A DNA stretch of 64,000 nt from Heteronotia binoei (Eukaryota), in the NCBI RefSeq assembly GCF_032191835.1, contig NC_083234.1:27776001-27840000 (forward strand), read 5' to 3'. Under the pieces are notes generated by a model. That model searched no databases. It worked only from the letters and a program-made list of their open reading frames with translations, and had not been told where the DNA came from. Position 1 is the first letter of the stretch; the number at the start of each line of letters is the position of its first letter. The position numbers and the translations under genes are program-made. Shown here piece by piece: positions 1 through 11,509 of this stretch.

Positions 1-263
1 CCCATTTAATTTAGTTGCCATAAACCACTTTTTAGGTGGGAAAGCAGGAGAAAACTCAGTAAATTCAGGGCAGAAGAAAATTCAGGGCAGGTGGCACAGA
101 TGTCACGAATACCACTAACCATATTAAACAGGCTTAAGATTTGGAGCCTTAATGAACAGCTTAACCTCTTCTGTCACTTAGCTGACATAATTAGGATGGA
201 GAATTTTGTCCGCAGAATGGAGGAAAAAGACAAAGAAACAGAATGGTTTGTCCAAACCTATAC

Positions 264-322
264 CTGGGGTCTTTCCCTCCAGAAACTCAACTACATTCCG
301 CTATTACTTGCGGTCTTCAACA
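264..322 (-). other. Candidate short non-coding 5'UTR exon 2 of the minus-strand gene (probably FAM118B)
   Basis: On the minus strand cttacag|TGTTGAAG...CCCCAG|gtatag bounds 59 nt. The polypyrimidine tract is weak. Assignment rests on expected synteny only. Confidence 0.25.
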
Positions 323-579
323 CTGTAAGCTGCATTTTAATTTTTTGAGCTTTGTCATTTTATAATTATGGCTGTGTTGTTAACTGTACACCACCTCAAG
401 CAGCTCATAGGAGACCTGCAACATATAATCTAATCTCGTAACTAAAACGAAATGTATATCTGGATATGCACTTTCTGTTAGCTAAATACATTCACTAGGC
501 CGACAGTGATGCACAGAATAACCCCATCGATGAGCTTACACTGGAGTAACTTTACAAAACCCCACACTGGAGATCTCAC

Positions 580-835
580 AGCCAGTTTGGTGTAGTGGTG
601 AAGTGTACGGACTCTTATCTGGGAGAACCTGGTTGGATTCCCCACTCCTCCACTTGCAGCTGCTGTAACGGCTTTGGTTCAGCCACAGCTCTCGCAGGAG
701 TTGTCCTTGAAAGGGCAGCTGTTGTGAGAGCCCTCTCAGCCCCACCCACTTCACAGGAGATAAAGGAGATTGTAAATCGCTCTGAGTCTCTGATTCAGAG
801 AGAAGGGCGGGTATAAATTTACAGTCTTCTTCTTC
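580..835 (+). mobile_element. Squam3-like tRNA/CORE SINE, long subfamily, small internal deletion
   Basis: Head gccagtttggtgtagtggtgaag, MIR-like core ctctcagccccacccac, (TTC)n tail. Matches other copies in the window. Confidence 0.8.
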
Positions 836-1198
836 AGTGCTTAGGATATAGCACAAGAACCTAGCAAAGCCTTGGGCTCGAATCCTCACAGTCATGAAAC
901 CGGTGGGAGTGACTTTGGACCTTCCATTTTCATTCACCCTAACCTACCTCACAGGGGTATTGTGAAATTCAAAGTGAGGGAAAGCCCATCATGTACACTA
1001 CTGCAGACATCGGGGGTAAGAAAGAGCGAAGAGAAACACTTTTATAAGCGATTTTATGAAAGAACGGGGCGCGGGGGAGATAGGGAAACCCTTACAGAGG
1101 CAATGAAAAGGGAACCCTGACACGAGACAGCTGCTCAAAGCAAGGACGAGCAGCGACGCCCTACTAACCTCCCGGGACGACTCGTGCCACACACTTAC

Positions 1199-1300
1199 TT
1201 CGCTGCCCTGTGCTCTCGCGCCGCAACTGTCGTCTTTCCCCTCAACGGCCGTTTAAACCGAAAAATGCTACGGCCTATCGCTAGCTCCGCCCCCTCTGGG
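1199..1300 (-). other. Non-coding first exon of a gene divergent from RPUSD4, probably FAM118B (5' end approximate)
   Basis: Minus-strand donor CAGCGAA|gtaagt, intron starting at 1198, inside the CpG island. FAM118B is head-to-head with RPUSD4 in human. No coding sequence of it is visible here. Confidence 0.5.
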
Positions 1301-1615
1301 AATGCGCCTTTTCTATTGCCCAGGCTCGCTCCAGTCCCAGCATTGTCATTGGCTTTCAACTTTCTTGTCCCACCTACCGCTTCGAACCGGCGATGTTCGA
1401 TATACGGAACGACGCTAACTTGTGAAACAATCTCCTTGAAAGGGATTGTAGCTCCGCCTCCTGAGGTCTTGCAGCTCATTGGCCGCGTTTCTTCTAATGG
1501 CCCGCCTACTTCTTTTCTGGTTTGCCGCGCGAGTAACCCGCGAGCAAACGCGAAGCCGGCGTGGCCACGCCCCCTAGCGTCTCCTTGCTCCCGCCCTCGA
1601 AGACTCGTATGCAAG

Positions 1616-1777
1616 ATGGCGGCTCCAGGAAGCAACGCATGGCGCTTCGGAAGCTTTGCTATGAAGCCAGGGAGTCGGCTTTTTTCTCACAGCCAAAGCG
1701 CCGCTGCCCCTCTCACCGCGGAACAGCTGGCGGAGAAAATTCGTGCACAGAAGCGGGAGAAGGAAAAAACGCCGGAA
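1616..1777 (+). CDS. RPUSD4: RPUSD4 coding exon 1 (mitochondrial RNA pseudouridine synthase)
   Basis: MAAPGSNAW...AEQLAEKIRAQKREKEKTPE resembles human MAAPRW...AQRLAEKLRAQKRE. Donor GAA|gtgagt, phase 0. Confidence 0.92.
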
Positions 1778-2041
1778 GTGAGTCTGTTAGGAATTGACGG
1801 TTGGTCGGCACTGTAGCGACCCTGATTTCTCCTAGCATGCATCCGAAAATCACTGAGCTAAATAGGGATTACGGTTCCCACCGTGCACTCTGCCATAGGA
1901 ACGCTGCTGCTTCTTTCCATGAGATTTCGAAAGTTTGTAAAACTGCAGTCCCATAACACGTGTGCCCCCTTTACAATCACGTTTACGAGGATGAAGCTGT
2001 GCCTAGGATTTCATAGCAAAGTGGTACTGCTGAGGCTAGAG

Positions 2042-2552
2042 CAGGGGTGTCAAACATGCGGCTCGGGGACCCAATCAGACCCCCGGAGGTCTCCTATCAG
2101 GCTCCCGAGCAACTGGCTCTTGTCTGTTTCCTTCTCCCTCTCTTGCTTCGTTCTGTATAACAGCTTGCTTTACAAGGCTTGTTCAATCGCACAGGAGTTA
2201 CAGAGCAAAACCTCAATTTTCTACATTGGTTGAGGCTCTTCTGCCTCCTGGTCCCTTGGGGAAGGAAGGAAAGAGCCAGAGCTTTCTTTGCCCAGTTCTC
2301 TGGATCCCATGGGAGAAATACAAAGAAAGCACCTTTAAGACCAACAAGTGGTAATGTTTTAAGCAAGTTTTAAGTTTAAAAAAACCCCCAAAAAGCATTA
2401 GGCGTGTTTGTGTCCTTTAAAAAGTTTATATCTCTGCTACCTAATCTTAAATATGTAAACACATGGCCTGACCCGACATAGTCCAGCCCAGCCTGACAAG
2501 TTCTTATTTATGTCTGATTCGGCCCTCATAACAAATGAGTTTGAGACCTCTG
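2042..2552 (+). mobile_element. Non-autonomous hAT-type DNA transposon (MITE)
   Basis: TIRs caggggtgtcaaac / gtttgagacctctg. 8-bp TSD ggctagag (2034-2041) / ggctatag (2553-2560). Second copy at 16147. Confidence 0.85.
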
Positions 2553-3818
2553 GGCTATAGGGATGCAAAGGTAACAGGTGAGCTCCCCTACTTTAGTTCC
2601 GTATTGAGAACTTGCAATACATTCATCTTTTAAAAATTAGGTCTTGATTATGTTCTTACTGGCAAACATGTATGAATTATATTTCATATGTGAAGATGAC
2701 TGTTGTGACCCACCCTGAACCCACAGGTGGGATATAAATAAAAAGAAATAAAAACACAAGGAGCTTTTGAATCTCAGTTCTTATGCCAATGATCATTGCC
2801 TGAACTCCTCTTCTTCCCCATTACTTGTTCCTTGAAACTTTCTGTATTCATTTACACTGTAACTGATGGCCAACAGATTAAATCTCCAGGGGAGTATTTA
2901 GTTATTTATACCCTGCTTTTGGGAGACTATTAAGGTAGACTGGGGTCCCTACACAGACTAAGGAAATGGCAAAACATCTCAGCACATCTGTTGTCTAGAA
3001 TATCTTGTGGATGGCATTGCCATGAGTTGGCTGTGACTCAATGGCACATTTTTTCTTCCTGCCACGCAGGGAGCAGAAAGCAGCTTACAATATTCTCTTC
3101 TCCTCCATTTTATTATAACAATTCTGCAAGTAGAGTAGGTTGAATGACTGCCTAAAGTTCACCCGGTGAACTTACACAGCAGAGTGAAGATTTGAACCGG
3201 GGTCTTCCACATCCCGGTTCAATGCTCTAACTGTTGTGGTTTCATTACTTAAATCTTTGTGTTTGTTTGGTTAAGGACGTTGGGGGGGGGGGGGGGAGAA
3301 AGTTGTCTTATAATAGGATAGTGTCGTGTTGTGTTTAGAGTATCAAACCAGGACTGAGAAGTTGTCAGTTCAGATATTCACTTGACTGTGAAGCTTACTA
3401 AATGATTTTGGGCCAGTCACATTCTCAGCCTAACCTACTTCACAGGGTTGTTCTAAGGGTCAAACTGAAGAGGGAATCCTGAATTCTGCAATGAACTTGA
3501 AGAAAGCCAGGACAGAGGCCTGGTTATCAGCAGTTCAAATATATTTTTGTATTTGCACTGTTTGAAGTCATTGGTTGGATACAGAAAATGTTGGGTTCTG
3601 TAACTCTACATGCAAGAGGATCTGGGAGAGAAAGGGTTAAGTAAATTTCTCTCTCAGGTACACTTGGCAGTTGGCCTCACCCTCTCATCAGTTAGATGTT
3701 GAGCCTATTCTTAGATTATCACTCACTTGTATGTGCTTTTTTTCTCATATATAAAATATCAGCAAAAGTTAACTAAGAATTGATTGAATTGTATCTTTTT
3801 TTCACTGGTTATGCATAG

Positions 3819-3984
3819 GTTCCAAAAGATCCAGTACGGAAGCGTGTATACCAACTCATTCAGCTCACCCAACAGCTACAGCGTGTTCATCCTAATGTGT
3901 TGGCCAAAGCACTCAAACGCGGGATCCTGTTCCAGAATAATGAGATTGTGGTGATTAATAAGCCATACGGCCTCCCTGTACATG
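3819..3984 (+). CDS. RPUSD4: RPUSD4 exon 2
   Basis: catag|GTT; VPKDPVRKRVYQLIQLTQQLQRVHPNVLAKALKRGILFQNNEIVVINKPYGLPVH; G|gtgaga; 166 nt. Confidence 0.96.
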
Positions 3985-4034
3985 GTGAGAAAAATACAAT
4001 ATTCAATATCCTTATTTAATATGCTTTTCTCCCC

Positions 4035-4450
4035 TTTCACTCTCTTCTTCTCCAGACGGAACATTCCCAAATCCCTCAGCCTTTCTTCATAGGGCTTGGT
4101 CTCCAGGTCCCTGATCATCCTCGTCATTCTCTGCACCCATTCCATTCTGTCCACATTGTTTTCAGAGTGAGGCCTCCATAATTGCAATACTCGAGTGTAG
4201 TGTACAATGGGACTATGATACCTTGCAATTTGGATGTTATGCCTCTGTTGATACACCCTAAGATGGCATTAGGGTCACTGCATCACACTGGAGGCTCATA
4301 TTTCACTTAAGGTCCATCTGTACTGCAAGATCTTGTTCACATACACTGCTACCCAGAACTGTATCACCCATCCAGTATGTGTGTTCTTCATTGTTTGTAC
4401 CCAGATGTAGAACTCGGCACTTATCCTTGTTAAATTGCATCTTGTTCACA
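4035..4450 (-). mobile_element. CR1 LINE ORF2 3' fragment filling most of RPUSD4 intron 2
   Basis: Minus-strand translation WVQRMTRMIRDLETKPYEERLRDLGMFRLEKKR is the typical CR1 ORF2 C-terminal motif. Confidence 0.85.
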
Positions 4451-4488
4451 TGATAAGAACAGTTTCTGTCCCCTCCCCTCCTCCCCAG

Positions 4489-4690
4489 GTGGTCCTGGAG
4501 TTAAAAGTTGTATCACAGATGTGCTTCCCATCCTGGCAAAGATGTTGGATGGCATGAAAGCTAAACCCCTGCACCTTTGTCACCGGCTGGATAAAGAGAC
4601 AACGGGTGTGATGGTGCTGGCACGTGACCAGGACACCGCACATAGAATCCAGGAGCTGTTCAGAACCCGACAAGTGGAAAAGAAATACTG
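4489..4690 (+). CDS. RPUSD4: RPUSD4 exon 3, carrying the catalytic HRLDKETTG motif
   Basis: ccccag|GT; [45 protein letters not shown]...KKY; TG|gtatgg; 202 nt. Confidence 0.97.
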
Positions 4691-4789
4691 GTATGGGAAA
4701 TTCAAGTGGTGTTCACTTTGTTTTGTTCTTGAGAAGCTCCGACATTCTGCTTTGCACAAGAAAGGTTCCAGATTCAGTCCCTAGTGTTT

Positions 4790-4926
4790 CTGGTTAAAAA
4801 GACTAGATAGTAGGTGATATGAAAGACCTCCACCTGAGACCCTGGAATTCTGCTGTCAGACTGAGTGGGCAATACTGACCTTGATTGACTGATGGTCTGA
4901 TTCAGCATAAGGCAGCTTCATGTGTG
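4790..4926 (+). mobile_element. tRNA-derived SINE with CR1-like tail (Squam2-like), 3' part
   Basis: Ends gatggtctgattcagcataaggcagcttcatgtg. Related copies near 28575 (-), 30040 (+) and 60315 (-). Confidence 0.55.
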
Positions 4927-5194
4927 TATTCAATCAGCCATGAGTTTGTGTGTGGTTAAAATAAATTGTATAATTTTAACTTGATTTTTAATTGTGGAAA
5001 TGTTTTTATGTTCACTACTTGGTAGACCCTGGTTGGTTGGAGAGATGACATAAAAGTGTTTAAAATAAATTAATAATAAATAAGTTGCAGTCATTTTGGC
5101 ACAGTGCCAATGTGCCATGGCTCGTTCCTCTTAAAAGAAGAGACTGTAAACACAGTAGCTGACTGAGAAGTTTCACTGTCTGTTATCTTGGCAG

Positions 5195-5288
5195 GGCAAT
5201 CTGCGTTGGAGTACCAGATCCAGCAGATGGGGTGGTGGACATTCCCATTATTGAGAAAAAGGTGGAGGGCCATCAATCACACTTCAAA
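5195..5288 (+). CDS. RPUSD4: RPUSD4 exon 4
   Basis: ttggcag|G; AICVGVPDPADGVVDIPIIEKKVEGHQSHFK; |gtgagt; 94 nt. Confidence 0.95.
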
Positions 5289-5364
5289 GTGAGTTGGTTT
5301 CCTGTTGGTGACCTTTTTCTTGCTTATTTTAGCCAGGATTTCTCATAGCGTTTTCCGATATATC

Positions 5365-5932
5365 CAGGCCTCAGATTCAGCAGGAGCTCACAGGAGCACA
5401 GCTCCTGAACCTTTCTAATAATAATAATAATAACTTTATTTTTATATCCCGCCCTCCCCCGCCGAAGCGGGCTCAGGGCGGCTAAGGGCGGGATATAAAA
5501 GGGCTCAGGGCGGCTTCTGAGGGTTCCCCCTTCTTCCTCCCCACCTACCTTGTCCATTGAATAGTAGGTGCAGCTGCATAACAATCCCTGGATTAGGAGA
5601 GTGGGCAGGCAACCAGCCACCAGGAGCTATGCCACTCCCCCAGCTGCCCTCATTAACCCTGGAGAAGCCCACACCTCCCTTTCTCCACTTCTTATGTGAT
5701 TTTGGGCAGCAGGTGGCTTGCTGGCCTTTTGACGGGGAGGGGGGGCAGCTAAGGAGACCCCCAGGCAAGTGAGGCTTGCTTGGGCTGGATTGATTTCTAG
5801 CAAGCCCAAACAAGCCCCACTCACCCATGGCTCTCCTTTCTTGCATTGTGTTGCTTTTGGCTGGGGGGGGGCATATGCTAATTAGCTATGCTAATGAGCT
5901 CCACCACCTATTTTTGTACAAAACAACCCCTG
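5365..5932. mobile_element. hAT-type non-autonomous DNA transposon with a nested insertion
   Basis: Begins cagg, ends cctg. Perfect 8-bp TSD gatatatc (5357-5364 / 5933-5940). Confidence 0.8.
5417..5516 (-). mobile_element. Short 5'-truncated retroposon tail with (TTA)n end, nested in the hAT element
   Basis: Minus strand reads agccgccctgagcccgcttcggcgggggagggcgggatataaaaataaagttattattattattatt. Confidence 0.6.
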
Positions 5933-6420
5933 GATATATCCCTTTTGTTTCTAAGCACTTCAACATTCATTTATTGCTTCAGTGAATCTCAACACAATAT
6001 TGCAGCAGCTTTCCCAGATCTGTATCACTGTTGACTGCCTTTGTCCATATCACTTCCTGGTTGGACTACTAGAACTGTGCCAGTGGTGGACGGTGTTATC
6101 ACTGATGTCACATGGGGGAGCAGATGTCTCCAAAGTGAGACTTGGCCCTAATCATAATTTTCTGCAGCAACATATTGTGAAGTTGAGCAAAGTCACAAGG
6201 TCTGTTAACAAGGTCCGCCCAAGTAACTTGATGAAAAGGATGTGTGGATGGGACTGTATATTCAGACTGGCATCCCCAATTCCCCATTCTTATCCTTTTG
6301 TCTGCAGTCTTTGTAGTCCATCCACTGTGACCATGCTTAACTGTCCAAGATTACTAGCTGTGGGATGTGCCTGATAAGCATTTGAACTCTGATGAACTTA
6401 GTTCTCTTTCTTCGTCGTAG

Positions 6421-6571
6421 ATGACACTTGCTCCAAACTATCGCATTTCCCAAGAGGATGGGAAGACATTCAAAGTACGCCAAGATAGAGGTGCCCATGT
6501 GGCAGTGACCCGCTACCGAGTTCTGAGCAGCGCTTCTTCTTGTTCCCTTCTTGAACTCCAGCCAGTCACAG
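6421..6571 (+). CDS. RPUSD4: RPUSD4 exon 5
   Basis: tcgtag|ATG; MTLAPNYRISQEDGKTFKVRQDRGAHVAVTRYRVLSSASSCSLLELQPVT; G|gtagag; 151 nt. Confidence 0.95.
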
Positions 6572-7494
6572 GTAGAGCCTTGTTGCTATTTGGTGGGTGA
6601 CTTCTGTACTGTTTCTTTAAAGGCATACAAAAAAATTCAGTAACTGTTTTGGGTCAAATAGCCTTTTGGTACATTTTGCTAATTTACTGAGTGTCTGGGA
6701 GCCTGATGATTTTTCTCAGTGGCTGCTGCTTGTGCTGTATTACTAATACAGAAATATGGTCAACTTGAAACTTTCTGGTAGATTTTGAAGTGTGTATTTT
6801 GCTCCAGTGCCTTTTTTTTCCAGTTTTGAACAGCTTTATTGTAAGTTAAAACATGGTACACTTACGTAAGCACAGTTGCGAAAAGGAAATAACAGTACGT
6901 ACAAGGAATGCTGTAGTACACTGTTTCCCATTTGCACGGTCGGGATCCAGTACAGGGCCACGGAAGCCTCACTACCAGGTCACAAGAAAAGCCAAAGCTA
7001 GCCCCGCCTCCAGCAAAGCATAACCTCTGCTCTGCTTCCTTCCTTCCACCATCTCTCTGTTGTGCAGAGAAAAGCTAGCCTTGAAGACTGACACAGGCTG
7101 CAAAGCCTGAGCTCTGTTTGGCTTCCTTCCTTCCCCCGTCTCTGTGTTGTGCAGAGAGGAGCTGGGCTGCCTCTCCTTCCTTCTCCCCCCCCTCCCAGTG
7201 TCTGACAGAAAAGCTGGCGTCCACTGGCACTTTAGATCCATTAAGTGTTCTTCAAGGTATGAGCTTTCATGTGCCTTGCAGTATGTTCTTTTGGGGAGAT
7301 TTCCCAGGAGACCTGGGTGGCAAAGAAGGGGTGTGTGTGTTTTTCAGCTGGGAGGGGCAGGGAGTGGGCATTCCAGTAGCTATTTTTTTACCAAATGACC
7401 CCTGGGCAGAATTGTTGCTGGCTGGGGTAATCTGATGGTCAGTGAGGCTTTTTTCCCCTTTGTCCCCCCTTCTTTCTTTTTCCGTCTGCAAGGG

Positions 7495-7660
7495 ATGCTC
7501 TCTGTCTGTATTCTTGGTGCTGGGTGTGGGGTGAAGCAACAGTGGGAGGGCTTCTAGTGCCCTGGCCCCACTGGTGGACATTCTGGTGCTTTTTGGGCAT
7601 TGTATGAGAGAATTTTGGACTGGATGGTCCACTGGTCTGATCCAACATGGCTTCTCTTAT
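7495..7660 (+). mobile_element. CR1 LINE 3' end abutting the assembly gap
   Basis: Ends ggactggatggtccactggtctgatccaacatggcttctcttat. Similar to the copy at 46100-46285. Confidence 0.7.
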
Positions 7661-7895
7661 NNNNNNNNNNNNNNNNNNNNNNNNNNNNNNNNNNNNNNNN
7701 NNNNNNNNNNNNNNNNNNNNNNNNNNNNNNNNNNNNNNNNNNNNNNNNNNNNNNNNNNNNNNNNNNNNNNNNNNNNNNNNNNNNNNNNNNNNNNNNNNNN
7801 NNNNNNNNNNNNNNNNNNNNNNNNNNNNNNNNNNNNNNNNNNNNNNNNNNNNNNNNNNNNNNNNNNNNNNNNNNNNNNNNNNNNNNNNNNNNNNN
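7661..7895. other. Assembly gap (235 N) in RPUSD4 intron 5
   Basis: Run of N. Confidence 1.
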
Positions 7896-9059
7896 TTCTG
7901 TTCATCATACTGTTGTTGCAGACATAGGAGCTCTTGTCAATGAAAAATTGGCACCCCCAATTGTAGCCAGCTGGCCTTTCTATGAGATTTCTGTGTGAGT
8001 GAGTGAGAGTCAGAGGTGTGGGGCAGAAAGAGATTATTGGAGTTACTGCTGTATATCTCAACAGCACTGGCACTATGAACTTGGCACCATTTTACTGTTC
8101 CTGCTTTTAACAGCTGTCTGACACCAAAATTAAACTCCTCCTGTAGATATTAAAAAGAATGAAAGAAGTTCACTGGCTAAATATCTGCACAACAGGTTGC
8201 ATTTAAAGGCATGGGAAACATAGCCAGTAAAAAGTTGCAAGCCCCTCATAAATATCCTTTTTGGGATAACTGCAGAAAAGCTTGTATGAACTTCATATAA
8301 CTTGAAATTAATTCATTAATCGCAGTACAATTTTCTGCTACCTTTCACAGCAATTTCCCAGTGTTTCAGCCAAGGAAAAGCATGAAAAATAGCTGTCAAA
8401 AGATTTTCTTGAAACCAAGCAAGCTTGGTTGTAGCTTGAGGAAGGGTTCCAGTAGTAATAGCTGAAGGAAGGGCCTACTAAATGTGCCAGCATATTTTGA
8501 GGTACAGCAGCTGCCAGGGCCCATTGTGGGTGGTACACAGCACTGGCATTCCTGATGGCAATGGCAACAGCACTTCCAACTGCATACACTGGCCAGTGCT
8601 GTTGAGGAAGGGGTGTATAGGTGGTGCTGGGCAATTGAACATGGGCATTAGGAGTGCTTGCAAGCTGGAGAAGAACACAGATAAGTGCATGCAGGTGTGA
8701 GGGTGGAAAGAGAGGACCCTGGGAATGTATGAAAAAGTTGCAGGCCACCCACTTTCCACCCCCATTTTGGCTCAGCATGAGTTTAAGAGAGATTTTTCTG
8801 AAAACAAAGTTACTTCAGAAGAAGAGGCAGGTTTGGGGGAGTGCCCTGGAAGTGACATCACTTGGCCTTTGACCTGGAAGTGACACCACAGGAAATGACA
8901 TAATTCCTGGCTCCACCCCTGAATTTTAGTGGCCCACAAAGGAGAAGTGTAAAAATAACTGGGCCACAGGAAAGAAAAGTTTGGGAAACCCTGCTGTAGC
9001 AGTATTCATTAAACACTTTCCTGTGTTCTATCAAATACAGAATGAATAACGTCATAAGT

Positions 9060-9390
9060 GAAATATGTGGTTGATCAACAATATAAATAATTAAAATGTT
9101 TAAGTAATCTGCATAATAAGTACACTAAAGATAAAGGAAGTATAAAGAAAGATGTTGTGTGATTCTGTGTCATAGATTATTTTATCGTCGCATGGTGAGA
9201 GTGTTACTTGGAGTATTCTGAGAGTAGTGTAGGGATATGCAGTGATAGTTAGAAAATAGAGTAGTTTGAGATGTCTTGGGTTGTGAGGAAGATCTGTATG
9301 AGATTCGATGTACTGAAGGAATGAGAACCATTTAGCAAGAAATTTGGACATTTTAGGATAGAGTTCCAATTGTAAAAGGTGGTCTATACT
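9060..9390 (-). mobile_element. L1-type LINE 3' end, degraded
   Basis: Minus frame gives KFLAKWFSFLQYI, resembling the L1 ORF2 C-terminal F-x-K-x-W-x-P-F motif, then an AT-rich tail. Confidence 0.45.
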
Positions 9391-10005
9391 GTGCTTTTTT
9401 GATTAACCACTTTCTTCTGTTAGGATTGACACCAGATTGAATTAGTTACCTTTGGTGTAGAGCAGGAGGTCCCCATGGCACCCACCAACACCTTTCTTGG
9501 TGCCTGCAAATGTTCTTAGAAAGTGAGTGGGGCCCAGGAGGGTTTTTGCCCAGCAGAGCTTCTGATTCACCATCAGAGAGCTCATTGTGCAGATATTTTA
9601 GGTGTTGCTTCTGCAGCAGCTGCTACAACAGCACTAGCATTACTCTATGTGTATGCAAGAAAATATTATTGAATTTTGTTAATTGAAAGGGGCATCCTGT
9701 TAAACAGAGCCATTGCCTGAAATACTGAAGTTACCATTTGAGTTACGCCATAACCTAATTCCTTGATATTTTGTAGTTGACTATGCCTCCTGCAGCAGTC
9801 ATTTTGTAGTTGTGTTTGCCACCCTATGTCAGAATTCCAAAGGTGCCTGTAGGCTCTAAGCACGTTTGGGACCCTTCTCTAGAGGTGGTCAATATATGGA
9901 CGCAGTTGCCAGGAAATGATAAGGCAAATATGCTTTGCTGTTATGGTTAAGATGTGGCTTTCTAAAAATGACTTCCCTCACCTTTCCCTTTTGCTCTATA
10001 CACAG

Positions 10006-10103
10006 GAGTGAAACATCAGCTCAGAGTCCATTTGGCTTATGGCTTGAGCTGTCCAGTCCTTGGGGACCACAAGTACTCAAACTGGAGCAAGCTGGCACCA
10101 CAG
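10006..10103 (+). CDS. RPUSD4: RPUSD4 exon 6
   Basis: cacag|GA; [33 protein letters not shown]; |gtaaca; 98 nt. Confidence 0.96.
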
Positions 10104-10614
10104 GTAACAAATGCATGATGAGAAGAGCCATTGATGGGGAGATAAAACATCAGTGTATCTCAGCTGCAGAGTTCTGGGTAATCCATGGCCTGGCATAGTC
10201 AAATTCTAGTATTCTGGCTGGGCGTGTTCATGTCCTGCTGTTCTCTTCCATTCAAGGATCTGTTTGACCACATATAAAGAGCGTAATGTCAACAATTCCC
10301 TAAACTTATGGGTTCTGAGCCAAGAATACATTGTGGTCCATTTCAAAACGCATTCTAACCATGACGTTTGTGTCTAGAGTTTATCTGCAAAACTCCTCAT
10401 GGTTTTCTCAGTTCCCCATCTTATTAGCCACATTAGGATTTCAACATCTGCAGCTTTTGAGATCTTCTTTTCTGATTTCCCCCTAATTCTTTTGCATTGT
10501 AACTTTTTACTGAATGAAATTTAACTGGAGAGCCAACATGAAAAAGCATGCTGCCTAGAGCCCTGGCAGAACTAGCCCAAGATGGAGTCTCTTACATTTT
10601 GCACTTTATTCTCT

Positions 10615-10985
10615 CTCTTTTTAAATATGTTTTATTAAAATTTCAGAAATAAGATTAGGGAAAAGGGACGAGGACATAAGGTAAAATAATATTGATGAAA
10701 TGACATGCTCTTCTAACATAAAACACATAGTAGTCAAAAACCATACACAAGAAAAGAATTATTCTCCGTATTATAGTACAATAATATTCTTAATAAGCCC
10801 AAGTAGCTCATATAAGACTGTGAGTTTCATACCCCTAAGAGCTTTTTAGATTTCCTCAAAACTAAAGAAGAAATTCAAACCTAAGAATTAAAACATCTGT
10901 AGAAGGGTGCCCAAATGTTTTTATTCTTTGAGTATCTCCCTCTTTCAAAATTGTCAATAGAGTGTCTATCCCATTTTGCGTTTTA
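10615..10985 (-). mobile_element. L1-type LINE 3' end, degraded
   Basis: T-rich start tttttaaatatgttttattaaa, AT-rich body, W-x-P-F remnant near 10910 on the minus strand. Confidence 0.4.
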
Positions 10986-11305
10986 TTATTTAAATGGTAT
11001 TTTTATATTTCACAAGCTGCTTTGGACCCCCCTTGGAGAGAAAAGTGAGATGAAAATATTTGAATAAATAAATAAATAGCTTTACTAGCTTTTAAAGGAG
11101 ACTAGACAGGTTCATGGAGGACAGGTGGCTCAATGGCTGTTAGCAGCGATGGCATCAGTATTTGCTTGGCCATTCTGGGAAATATGACAATGGACAATTG
11201 GGTCAGATCCAGCAAGGATCTTCTCTTCTCATGGTTTTAAGAGTGACTCTAATGACGGCTATTCAGTTAATTCACTGCTCTCTTTTGCTTCGTACTTTTA
11301 AACAG

Positions 11306-11509
11306 AAGCTTCCTGGTAAGGCTCTGAAGCGACTGGGCTTGGAACAGGCCAAAGCCCGTTACCTTCCCCTCCACCTACATGCCCATGAGCTGTCCCTGCC
11401 GGATGGAGAGGAGAAAGAGAAGAAAATCCATTTATTCTGCAAACCACCCCGCTTCTACTCTCGCTCCTTAAAATACTTGAAGTTGGAGTTTCCAGAGGAG
11501 GAGAAGTGA
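11306..11509 (+). CDS. RPUSD4: RPUSD4 exon 7, last coding exon
   Basis: aaacag|AAG; KLPGKALKRLGLEQAKARYLPLHLHAHELSLP...EFPEEEK*. The spliced CDS totals 1077 nt = 358 aa. Confidence 0.96.
   Translation, partial: KLPGKALKRLGLEQAKARYLPLHLHAHELSLPDGEEKEKKIHLFCKPPRFYSRSLKYLKLEFPEEEK

Larger units (their letters stand above)
1060..1900. promoter_or_regulatory. CpG island, bidirectional promoter
   Basis: High CpG density. GC boxes (ccgccc near 1287 and 1591), inverted CCAAT near 1478, YY1-type CAAGATGGCGGC at 1612-1623 over the RPUSD4 ATG, divergent splice donors at 1198 (-) and 1778 (+). Confidence 0.85.

Noticed and set aside
536-937. ORFs of 60-160 aa overlapping Squam3 copies (also 36467-36943, 43662-44134, 56965-57353, 58237-58631)
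   Set aside because: The recurring peptides (VGGAERALTAAA, CADSYLGE) are translations of the SINE, not genes.
1184-1816. 210-aa plus ORF and 146-aa minus ORF over the CpG island
   Set aside because: GC-rich stop avoidance. Only 1616-1777 is real coding sequence, and the long ORF begins at a non-ATG codon.
3282-3296. G15 run as a possible G-quadruplex
   Set aside because: A simple homopolymer in an intron. Similar C or G runs are scattered through the window.
7574-8073. ORFs spanning the N run
   Set aside because: Artefacts of the assembly gap.
8338-8778. 146-aa P/Q/A/Y-rich minus ORF in RPUSD4 intron 5
   Set aside because: No recognisable domain and no convincing splice sites. It could be a degraded retroelement fragment, but I cannot support a call.
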